Below, one piece after another: positions 7,934-15,626 of a DNA stretch of 45,705 nucleotides. Origin of the DNA: an uncultured Alphaproteobacteria bacterium (GTDB taxonomy: Bacteria > Pseudomonadota > Alphaproteobacteria > Rs-D84); the NCBI GenBank assembly GCA_947168075.1, contig CAMVKK010000002.1, forward strand, positions 1-45,705, written 5' to 3'. A program made the translations under genes and the position numbers. Within the stretch, counting starts at the first letter, position 1, and each line of letters opens with the position of its first letter. Under the pieces are notes generated by a model, which had not been told where the DNA came from, did no database searches, and saw only the letters and a list, made by a program, of their open reading frames with translations.

Positions 7934-8442
7934 TACTTATCCCCCGTTTGTAATTCAACCGTTATTTTTTTGACCCCATCAGTCGGCGTAGTGAGCATAT
8001 GATTAAATTCAACCGATGCGCCCGATTCAACCAGTGTTGCCGATGGCATAAATTTCTGCCGCGCGATTTCACGACCCGCCGCATCACGCGACACAACGAT
8101 TAAGTCCGGCACACCATATATTTCCGTTGACTGATTAATAATCGCGCCACGAACCGCAAAGCGTGGCACGCCACTATTATCGACAACGGTCTTTATTTCC
8201 GTTAATTGCGCAATAATTGGTTCCCGATTTGCGTTTTTGATTTTAGATTGCACCACCACTGCGGTTGCAAATACCGCCGCCGAAAGCAATGCACAAAGGG
8301 ACGCAATAAACACCATCCATGCACCACGCCGCGATGGGGTCGCAACCGTCCAAACATGACCACACACAGCACATTTAACCGGCGCAGTCGGTGTTTTATC
8401 CACCGAATATTCTGTTTTGCAAAAATCACATTTTATTTTCAT
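7933..8442 (-). CDS. MJ0042-type zinc-ribbon membrane protein, ZitP-like (Zn ribbon, TM, DUF3426-like C-terminus)
   Basis: The N-terminus MKIKCDFCKTEYSV..VKCAVCGHVWTV has two CxxC pairs. A single TM follows (WMVFIASLCALLSAAVFATAVVV), then a roughly 100 aa periplasmic domain. The architecture matches Caulobacter ZitP as I remember it. Confidence 0.65.
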   Translation of the reverse strand: MKIKCDFCKTEYSVDKTPTAPVKCAVCGHVWTVATPSRRGAWMVFIASLCALLSAAVFATAVVVQSKIKNANREPIIAQLTEIKTVVDNSGVPRFAVRGAIINQSTEIYGVPDLIVVSRDAAGREIARQKFMPSATLVESGASVEFNHMLTTPTDGVKKITVELQTGDK

Positions 8443-8464
8443 AACACTTTACCTATACCACAAA

Positions 8465-9781
8465 TTATTCCAAATTCAATAGTCGATATTTCGCACGCAC
8501 CTTTGTCTGAATTTCGTTAATCGCGTTCATAAAGTCCGCCGCCGTTGCGTTTTTATTTGCAGCAACCGAACCAAACACCTGGGTTGCGATGGTTGACGAT
8601 GAAGATTCTTTTTTGGAAATCAATGGTGCCATTCGATTTAGTTCCGCCAATGACATATCTGCAAATTGCGCCGTACCATTTTTCAAATCCCAAAAGAAAT
8701 TGGAATTTTTAGAATCTTCTATTTTATTACGCACGACCAAACGCGGTGTAATAGAACCGCTGAATCCAACAGTTGTAAAAAGTGCAGAAATGCGCCCACC
8801 CGTCATATCCAAAGCCTGATTAACACTAAGCACAGCAACTTTTTCATCACTGGAAACAGACATACCCGACAATTCCAAATTTGTTACCCATAAATTCGCC
8901 GTATTAAAGTTGGAAAATTTTCCTAAATCAGATAATGTTAGTGCGCCCGCAATTTCCATATTCTTTGAATCAGACGACAACGACCCAACACAAGTTGCGT
9001 TTTTTGTTTCAAATGCGCTGTCTATGGTGGTGCGATTATTAAACACGACCTTGTTCGCGGCAATATCTATTGATTGAAAAATTTCGTCAAAACCCGCCGA
9101 TTTTACATCAAACCGCGTTGCATTAATTATATCGTGTCCGCCCAGACTTAACCCGCTTAACATTGTTGCATCGTCCGGCGAATCCGAAGGAACCCGCCAA
9201 AGATATAACGCATTATCGCGATTAACAGATGTTGTTCCGACAATTCCATTTGTCGCTTCTATTCCCAAATCAATGGTATCGGTATGCCACGCACCAAATG
9301 TACCGTATGCGTGTGTGCCTTCGACAAAGCCCATATCACTGCCGCCGGCGGCAACAATTTCACGTGTCCGCATTGGGGATATAGAATCGTCAGACATAAT
9401 AACCACACCCTGTAATGTCGCCTGGCCGGTGGCATCGGACGATTTTAAAATACGCAACTGATATTTATCTGCGTGTTCTGAAACGATTGCATCTGGCACC
9501 CCATATTCCGACAAATCACCAATTTCAACGCGTATAATAGATTTTCCCGCAACATTAAGCAATTTATCACGATTCATCACAATATATCGTTCCAATGCAT
9601 TTTGCACATCCTGCATCTGGCGCGCGACTGCAATATTTTCCACACGCATAATAGAATCTTGCTGATACCTGAACAAGAACGGCAACACCACCGAAACGAT
9701 AGCAACACTCATCAGCAATTCAACCAACATTCCACCACGTTGTAATGCACGATTTTCAAAAATGCGACTTTTAAAAACCAT
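8465..9781 (-). CDS. oversized type-IV-pilin-like protein P3 (438 aa)
   Basis: ORF track gives 8465..9823. The ATG at 9781 is preceded by G9. The N-terminus MVFKSRIFENRALQRG|GMLVELLMSVAIVSVVLPFLF is prepilin-type: a leader ending in G, Glu at +5, and a hydrophobic helix. It shares a central motif with P1 and P2. Confidence 0.7.
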   Translation of the reverse strand: MVFKSRIFENRALQRGGMLVELLMSVAIVSVVLPFLFRYQQDSIMRVENIAVARQMQDVQNALERYIVMNRDKLLNVAGKSIIRVEIGDLSEYGVPDAIVSEHADKYQLRILKSSDATGQATLQGVVIMSDDSISPMRTREIVAAGGSDMGFVEGTHAYGTFGAWHTDTIDLGIEATNGIVGTTSVNRDNALYLWRVPSDSPDDATMLSGLSLGGHDIINATRFDVKSAGFDEIFQSIDIAANKVVFNNRTTIDSAFETKNATCVGSLSSDSKNMEIAGALTLSDLGKFSNFNTANLWVTNLELSGMSVSSDEKVAVLSVNQALDMTGGRISALFTTVGFSGSITPRLVVRNKIEDSKNSNFFWDLKNGTAQFADMSLAELNRMAPLISKKESSSSTIATQVFGSVAANKNATAADFMNAINEIQTKVRAKYRLLNLE

Positions 9782-10988
9782 TCCCCCCCCCGATATTTTG
9801 TGGAACATATGTTTGCCAATCACTGGTCATCAGTGCACCAAATTCTGTCTTGCTCGGTATTGCCGGCATTTGCGCGCGCGATAACACCAACGCAGTAAAA
9901 TTTGGTGGTGTTAATGACGGGAAAGACCAATTACCAAACTTGATTGGTGCATCGGTGGACATCATTAATTCACCAGATACAGTTAAACCCGCATCTTCGT
10001 AAAACATTATTTCGTTGCTTGTTAAAAACGGCGTATAAACAGAACCAGTCTTTATACCAACAAATCCACTTATTGTGCGTGCGCCACTGGATTTAAGATT
10101 AAAGTTCCGCGCAACATTTACCGACTTTGTTACGGTGGCACGGTCAGCAATTACACGCCCAGATGTCGTATATGTCGTTCCGTTTAATTTGTCGGCATAG
10201 ATATTTCGAAAACCCATGATATCGCCCGTTACACGCAACGAATCAATCGAAACATTTCCGCCAGTCATATTTGCGCCGTTGGTAAAATACACACTTTGCG
10301 CGACCAGATCTTCTGATTTAACAAATGTTGCCGTTGCATCCTGGATTCGTGTCGCAGATGCTGAAACGCCACCAACATCAAACACGTCATTTCCACCCAT
10401 ATTTAAATCGCGCATCATTACATTCAAATCGTCATCCCCGGACGAACCGCGATGTAAATATTTTGTATTATCTTCGCCAAACACACTGCGTGATATACGA
10501 TATATCAAATCACCGACATAAAAGTCCGGGGCACTTACCGCCCAAGTGCGACCGTATGCAACACCGTCCGCACCAACAACAGCGGCATCTTCGCCAATAT
10601 GATGTGCGATACTGGCGGTTCTTAAATTATGCGCATTTATATCAAATGCCAAATAAACATCAGTTATTGTTGTTCCACGCACAGAATATTTATCAATAAA
10701 CCCCGCGTGTGCATCCGTAGCAATCAATTCTAATTCTTCGTCCGTCATACGAATTTGTGCAACATCGGGCCATTCGTCCTGGTTCAGACGAATAAAATTC
10801 AGAACATTACCGCGTAATTCTGTAATTTTATGCGCGGTTGCCATATCGTTAATATTGCGATTCGTTTCTGATATCTGGGAATAAACCAATGGTGCCGCTA
10901 TGGCAACAATAGCCATGGAAAGCAGCACCTCTAACACACTGGCGCCACGATTTAATTCATCAAAAATTTTTGTTTTAATTGCAACCAC
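9771..10988 (-). CDS. oversized type-IV-pilin-like protein P2 (405 aa)
   Basis: GTG start overlapping the P1 stop by 14 nt. N-terminus MVAIKTKIFDELNRG|ASVLEVLLSMAIVAIAAPLVY with Glu at +5. Central motif YLHRGSSGDDDLNVMMRDLNMGGNDVFDV, followed by a G/N/T/V-rich beta-strand-like region. Confidence 0.7.
   Translation of the reverse strand: MVAIKTKIFDELNRGASVLEVLLSMAIVAIAAPLVYSQISETNRNINDMATAHKITELRGNVLNFIRLNQDEWPDVAQIRMTDEELELIATDAHAGFIDKYSVRGTTITDVYLAFDINAHNLRTASIAHHIGEDAAVVGADGVAYGRTWAVSAPDFYVGDLIYRISRSVFGEDNTKYLHRGSSGDDDLNVMMRDLNMGGNDVFDVGGVSASATRIQDATATFVKSEDLVAQSVYFTNGANMTGGNVSIDSLRVTGDIMGFRNIYADKLNGTTYTTSGRVIADRATVTKSVNVARNFNLKSSGARTISGFVGIKTGSVYTPFLTSNEIMFYEDAGLTVSGELMMSTDAPIKFGNWSFPSLTPPNFTALVLSRAQMPAIPSKTEFGALMTSDWQTYVPQNIGGGNGF
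9783..9791 (-). repeat. G9 homopolymer (C9 on the + strand) at the P2/P3 junction
   Basis: Counted directly: ttCCCCCCCCCgat. Confidence 0.9.
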
Positions 10989-12333
10989 TTTTTCCCGCCA
11001 ACAAACATTGTTTTATATCTATTCTTTTTTCCAAACGTTGCCAGTACACATATTGGCATATTATGTACTGCGACAGCGATTTTTGGTTATACACACCATT
11101 TAACGATGATATAATTGAACGACAATCAACAGTATTTGAATTGCTGTCTGATGGTCGCGCCAAAATTTCAAACGTACTGTTATCAATTGTCGCAACATAT
11201 GCATCTGGCAACAAAGATGTTCCACTGGGGCGAATATCCAAAACAACCGCCCCCGTCAACCCCCGCGACAATGCATCAGATGTCTGGTCCCGCAATGTTA
11301 TATTTGATGCATAAATCACATTAGTATCGATACCACTGTTGCTGCTATATTCCAGACTGTTCGAATTAATATACACATCTTGACCACGCGAAGCGTTTAT
11401 AAAAGAATTAACATCCAACCGTTCAACACCGAAATTAATTTTATCGGTAACAACATTGCCACGAATATTCCAATTTGCAGGTCCCGTAAAACTGGTTCGA
11501 CCCGCAGTCATAGAAAAATCATAAACGGCGGCATTATTTGTCGTTATACTGCCTGCATCGCCGTACGCAGATATTGTTTTTCCAAAAACATTTCCGACAA
11601 TCAACGCCCCACGGGTAAGCGACAAGGCACTTTCACCAGTTTGCGATTGAAATATAGCCTTGTCTGCAACAATAACAGAAATGGTATTTCGTACCTTTCG
11701 CCCAGATTCGACACCGTTGATAGTTAAAATTCCAAGTTCTGCACCATCAAATTCACCACGGCGTGCAGATACCCGGCCGGCATTAGAAAATTCAAAATTT
11801 CCCATATCTAAATCAACCAAAAACGCCCCTGAATCAACATCAACTTCGTTACGGCGAACAACATCAGAATAAATGTTATCTAAAACAATGCCAACCTGGA
11901 CATCATTGTCGCCGCCATCCGCAGCATAGAACCCAATACGCCGTATCAATTCTGTGCGTTTAAGTTCATCCAAATTTCCACCACGCAAATCCAGATATGC
12001 AGAAACAGATTCAAAATCTTTGTTTATAACCAACGATATGTCCTGTCCCAGTGCGGTTTTGGGGACAAAACCCAACGGTAATCCATACGGTTCCAATGTA
12101 TCTGAAAAAGATTTGCCCGATATTATTGTTTGTTCATACGGTAATTTATGTGCATTTTCGCGAATATAAATCCGCGCCGCGGTGGTGGCATTATCAATCT
12201 GTCGTGTGGTTGAATACATTAACGCATCATTTTCGCGGTCCAGTAATTTTATTGCAACAAACGGGATAAACGCGAACAGCAATGTCAGCGATAACAATGC
12301 CTGTAACAGAAAATTTCCGCGTTGATTGTACAA
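10975..12333 (-). CDS. oversized type-IV-pilin-like protein P1 (452 aa)
   Basis: TTG start with a strong SD (AGGAGGG, 7 nt upstream). N-terminus MYNQRG|NFLLQALLSLTLLFAFIPFV with Gln at +5. There is a Cys cluster at the C-terminus. Confidence 0.7.
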   Translation of the reverse strand: MYNQRGNFLLQALLSLTLLFAFIPFVAIKLLDRENDALMYSTTRQIDNATTAARIYIRENAHKLPYEQTIISGKSFSDTLEPYGLPLGFVPKTALGQDISLVINKDFESVSAYLDLRGGNLDELKRTELIRRIGFYAADGGDNDVQVGIVLDNIYSDVVRRNEVDVDSGAFLVDLDMGNFEFSNAGRVSARRGEFDGAELGILTINGVESGRKVRNTISVIVADKAIFQSQTGESALSLTRGALIVGNVFGKTISAYGDAGSITTNNAAVYDFSMTAGRTSFTGPANWNIRGNVVTDKINFGVERLDVNSFINASRGQDVYINSNSLEYSSNSGIDTNVIYASNITLRDQTSDALSRGLTGAVVLDIRPSGTSLLPDAYVATIDNSTFEILARPSDSNSNTVDCRSIISSLNGVYNQKSLSQYIICQYVYWQRLEKRIDIKQCLLAGKSGCN

Positions 12334-12356
12334 AAAAAATCCCTCCTACGGTTCCA

Positions 12357-12385
12357 AGAATAGCAATTGAAAAAAAATATTGCAA
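12357..12385 (-). promoter_or_regulatory. candidate sigma-70 promoter for the P1-P2-P3 operon
   Basis: The minus strand reads TTGCAA (12385-12380), a 17 nt spacer, then TATTCT (12362-12357), just upstream of the AGGAGGG SD. Confidence 0.3.
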
Positions 12386-12478
12386 TCAGTTTTAAGATAC
12401 ATTAACATTGTCTATGTTTAAAGTGTGGATGGCAAAAAATCCACAGAGATAATTTTCCTTTGTATAAAAAGAAAGAAC

Positions 12479-12775
12479 ATGCAAAACAAAAAAAATCAAA
12501 CGTCTAATGTTGGGCAAATGATTCAGCGCTGTCATAAATGGCGCCAGAAAAGAAAACAATACATTGACCAGGCGCGTCAAACGTCCGATGAAATTGAACG
12601 CGAACGTTTATTGCAATCGGCGGAACATTACGGTCGTATTGTTAATGCAGAACAGGAAAAAATTGATTCGTCCCGTGGAACAAACGAAAAAATTCCGGAT
12701 GTTGTGCCGGAAACCACGGATAATTCTGATGATGAAGAAATTCCATTGCCAGACTTTATCGAAAACCTTAAATAA
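12479..12775 (+). CDS. DUF4167-like small basic/acidic protein (98 aa)
   Basis: ORF track gives 12425..12775; I prefer ATG 12479. A basic N-terminus (MQNKKNQTSN..), then ..YIDQARQTSDEIERERLLQSAEHYGRIV, which resembles the AENYxQHAEHYxR core of alphaproteobacterial DUF4167 proteins (from memory), and an acidic tail. Confidence 0.55.
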   Translation: MQNKKNQTSNVGQMIQRCHKWRQKRKQYIDQARQTSDEIERERLLQSAEHYGRIVNAEQEKIDSSRGTNEKIPDVVPETTDNSDDEEIPLPDFIENLK

Positions 12776-12849
12776 TCGTAACATACGATATATTTGTTGT
12801 TGAAATTTGAATGCGGTTTGCTATCCTTGCCACAAAAGGAAATTTTAGC

Positions 12850-14391
12850 ATGGATAATAGTTACACTGTTTTAGCCCGTAAATACCGCAGCCAGGATTTT
12901 GATTCCCTTATTGGCCAGGATGTTTTGGTCAAAACACTTACCACTGCGATTAATACGGGGCGTATTGCGCATGCGTATATTTTTACCGGAATTCGTGGAA
13001 CTGGAAAAACCAGTACCGCCCGTATTTTGGCCAAGGCTTTGAACTGTCTGTCATCTGACCGTCCAACGGCAAAGCCGTGTGGTGTATGTGAAAATTGTCG
13101 TGCAATTGCCGCCGGGCAACATATTGACGTATTGGAAATTGACGCTGCGTCACATACGGGCGTTGATAACATGCGTGAAATACTGGACGCGGTTCAGTAT
13201 CGTCCAACCAATGGCCGGTACAAGGTTTATATTATTGACGAAGTCCACATGTTATCACAAAGCGCATTTAATGCGTTGCTTAAAACATTAGAAGAACCAC
13301 CTGCACATGTAATTTTCATATTGGCAACCACCGAAATACGAAAAGTTCCTGTAACGATTCTGTCGCGGTGCCAACGTTTTGATTTGGTTCGTGTTCCTGT
13401 TGATACATTAAAGAAACACTTTGCATGGATAGCAGACCAAGAAAAAATCGAATTATCCGATGGTGCAAATGAATTATTGGCGCGTGCGGCGGATGGTTCT
13501 GTTCGTGATGGATTATCATTACTGGACCAGGCAATTGCACAAACCGGTGGTCATGTTGACGAAGCGTCCGTATTAAACATGCTTAAACGCGCCGATCGTG
13601 GTGTTGTTATGGATATTATGGAAACTGTTTTAAGTGGCGACACCGCAACCGCACTGGAAAAGGTGGATAATATTTATAATAACGGTGCCGATTTATCTAT
13701 GTTATTGACCGATATGATGGAATGGACACATTGGGCGACCCGTATGCATCCATCTGTTCGTGGTGGTGATGTTATGACCGCACCATATACCGCGGATCAG
13801 CGCACCAAGATTCGTGAAATTGATTCACACGTAACATTAAACACTCTTTCCCGCATATGGCAGGTTATGGTGGCATCCGTCCCTGAAATGGCGGCAACTG
13901 GAAACCCAAAACAATGTTTTGATATGTTAATCGTGCGTTTGATGCACATTGCAGAAATGCCATCTGTTGCGGAAATTTTAAAAAAGCAACCGTCTGCACC
14001 GGTGGCAACACCGATTGAAAAAACCGCACCCGCAATGCCGGCACCAAAAACTGTAAAAATAACATCAGCAACAGAATTAGCATCTGAATTACAATCGTCA
14101 CGGGAAATTTTGCTGTACACATATTATACGAATAATATCGAAGTTTCTGATTTTGCGGACGGTAACATAAAATATTTTGATCGCGGAACAGATGCCGAAT
14201 TTGCGCAAAAATTAACCAAATGGTTAAATGAAAAGACGGGTCACGCGTGGACATTGGTTTGCGAAGAAAAATCTGAAAGCGTTCACACTGTATCCGAACA
14301 GAAACGCGAAGAATTGGAATCAGATCCATTAATTGCCGATGCAATGAGCCTGTTCGAAGGGGCTGAAATTATCGGTTCAACTAAAAAGTAA
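12850..14391 (+). CDS. dnaX: DNA polymerase III subunit tau/gamma
   Basis: ORF track gives 12811..14391. ATG 12850 has an AAGGAA SD. Walker A GIRGTGKTSTARILAKALNC, Zn module CGVCENCRAI, DEVHML, SRCQRF. Confidence 0.93.
   Translation: MDNSYTVLARKYRSQDFDSLIGQDVLVKTLTTAINTGRIAHAYIFTGIRGTGKTSTARILAKALNCLSSDRPTAKPCGVCENCRAIAAGQHIDVLEIDAASHTGVDNMREILDAVQYRPTNGRYKVYIIDEVHMLSQSAFNALLKTLEEPPAHVIFILATTEIRKVPVTILSRCQRFDLVRVPVDTLKKHFAWIADQEKIELSDGANELLARAADGSVRDGLSLLDQAIAQTGGHVDEASVLNMLKRADRGVVMDIMETVLSGDTATALEKVDNIYNNGADLSMLLTDMMEWTHWATRMHPSVRGGDVMTAPYTADQRTKIREIDSHVTLNTLSRIWQVMVASVPEMAATGNPKQCFDMLIVRLMHIAEMPSVAEILKKQPSAPVATPIEKTAPAMPAPKTVKITSATELASELQSSREILLYTYYTNNIEVSDFADGNIKYFDRGTDAEFAQKLTKWLNEKTGHAWTLVCEEKSESVHTVSEQKREELESDPLIADAMSLFEGAEIIGSTKK
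13980..13986 (+). promoter_or_regulatory. candidate -1 programmed frameshift heptamer A_AAA_AAG in dnaX
   Basis: The zero frame reads ttA AAA AAG caa (..ILKKQ..). The -1 frame then reads GCA ACC GTC TGC ACC GGT GGC AAC ACC GAT TGA, with the stop at 14016-14018. Confidence 0.35.
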
Positions 14392-14411
14392 AAAATCGGG
14401 GGGAAAGAAAG

Positions 14412-14870
14412 ATGAGACAAGAATCTGGACGTTCACTAATCGAAATTATTGGCGTATTGGCAATTGGTGCCATTATGTCGGTTGCAGCAATTAAGATGTA
14501 CGGACAAATTCGTACGACACAAACGCGCACAATTGTATCCAGTGAATTAGAACAATTGGTAAAAAATGTAAAATTGCTTACGGGGGCGCGTGGTTCATAT
14601 GCGGGGGTTTCCGTTGATTATCTGGTCAAAGCGGGCGCGTTAAAATCACCCCGCGCACCAATTGGTGGTGACGGATGGTCGGTCCAGCCCAGTTTTGATG
14701 AAAAAACTTTTTCTATTAATTTAGTTGAACTGTCATCTGGCGAATGTGAATATTTCGCAATAAAGAAACAACCATGGGCAACAACCATTTTAATTAATGG
14801 CACAGAATTGAACGGCACATCAAATTGCTTTTCAACAAACACGAACCAGGTTTCTTTTATAGTGGAATAA
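14412..14870 (+). CDS. type IV pilin / pseudopilin (152 aa)
   Basis: MRQESG|RSLIEIIGVLAIGAIMSVAAIKMY has a 6-aa leader, Glu at +5 and a hydrophobic alpha1-N. A single C-terminal Cys pair (C112, C139) is typical of the pilin D-region. The SD is GGGGGGAAAG. Confidence 0.8.
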   Translation: MRQESGRSLIEIIGVLAIGAIMSVAAIKMYGQIRTTQTRTIVSSELEQLVKNVKLLTGARGSYAGVSVDYLVKAGALKSPRAPIGGDGWSVQPSFDEKTFSINLVELSSGECEYFAIKKQPWATTILINGTELNGTSNCFSTNTNQVSFIVE

Positions 14871-14871
14871 A

Positions 14872-15555
14872 TTGAAAATAATAAAATTCATTTTTCCAAT
14901 TATTGCATATTGCACACTTGTCGGGTGCATGTCGTATCACAGTCCAGAACGCACCACTTGGCCAAATTATCTGCGTGGTGCCAGTTTTACAGATATGACC
15001 GAAACATCACGCGTTGCAAAAAAGCCCGTACTGATGGGGGCGGGCGGACGCGTTATCAGCCAAACTGTGGACGGTGGCACAAAATCAGAATACGGAGACA
15101 AAGTTGCAAATGAAAACGCGTTGGCTTTGGCATATATGTCTGAATTGGAATATAAATTATACGATGCGCTACGCAAACCCGGCATTTCGGTCCAGCGCGC
15201 CGGCACAGATGTAGTTATTATTCTGGTACGCGATGCCATTATGGAATTAAATGTTGCCGATATATCTGCTGATGGTGCCGACACATTAAAAATTATTTCA
15301 AAAATACTTAATAAATATGATGCCACATTTATCGAGATCGCAGGTTACACCGATGCTATGCGTGACAAACACGCATCCGCGGCATTATCAAACGATATGG
15401 CATCACGCACCGCGGTATATTTAACCCAGCATGGAATTATTCCACAACGGCTTTTTATTGTCGGTCGTGGTGCGGCACGCCCCATCGCAGCCCAGGATGA
15501 CATAGGTCGTCTGACTAATCGCCGTGTTGAAATTCGGGTTGCCCCCGTGCGATAA
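14872..15555 (+). CDS. OmpA/MotB-domain lipoprotein (peptidoglycan-binding)
   Basis: TTG start 1 nt after the pilin stop. Lipobox LVG|C. The C-terminal OmpA-like domain reads ..IEIAGYTDA....NRRVEIRV. Confidence 0.8.
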   Translation: MKIIKFIFPIIAYCTLVGCMSYHSPERTTWPNYLRGASFTDMTETSRVAKKPVLMGAGGRVISQTVDGGTKSEYGDKVANENALALAYMSELEYKLYDALRKPGISVQRAGTDVVIILVRDAIMELNVADISADGADTLKIISKILNKYDATFIEIAGYTDAMRDKHASAALSNDMASRTAVYLTQHGIIPQRLFIVGRGAARPIAAQDDIGRLTNRRVEIRVAPVR

Positions 15556-15626
15556 ATATTGCATAAAAATCCCCTTTATTTTTGTTTTTTTTATTGCTAT
15601 TCTTGGCCTGAACAAAAATAAAAGGA

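Noticed and set aside
8465-12333. An invertible shufflon (as in R64 pilV) generating variable C-termini for the PilV-like proteins.
   Set aside because: There is no rci-type recombinase in the window. I saw no clustered short inverted repeats or alternative 3' cassettes. The three genes are complete, same-strand and each has its own pilin-type N-terminus.
12332-12339. The T8 run (A8 on the + strand) that includes the TTG start of P1, as a second phase-variable tract.
   Set aside because: A/T runs of this length are common in this AT-leaning sequence. Slippage would only alter SD-to-start spacing by 1 nt. There is not enough support to call it a switch.
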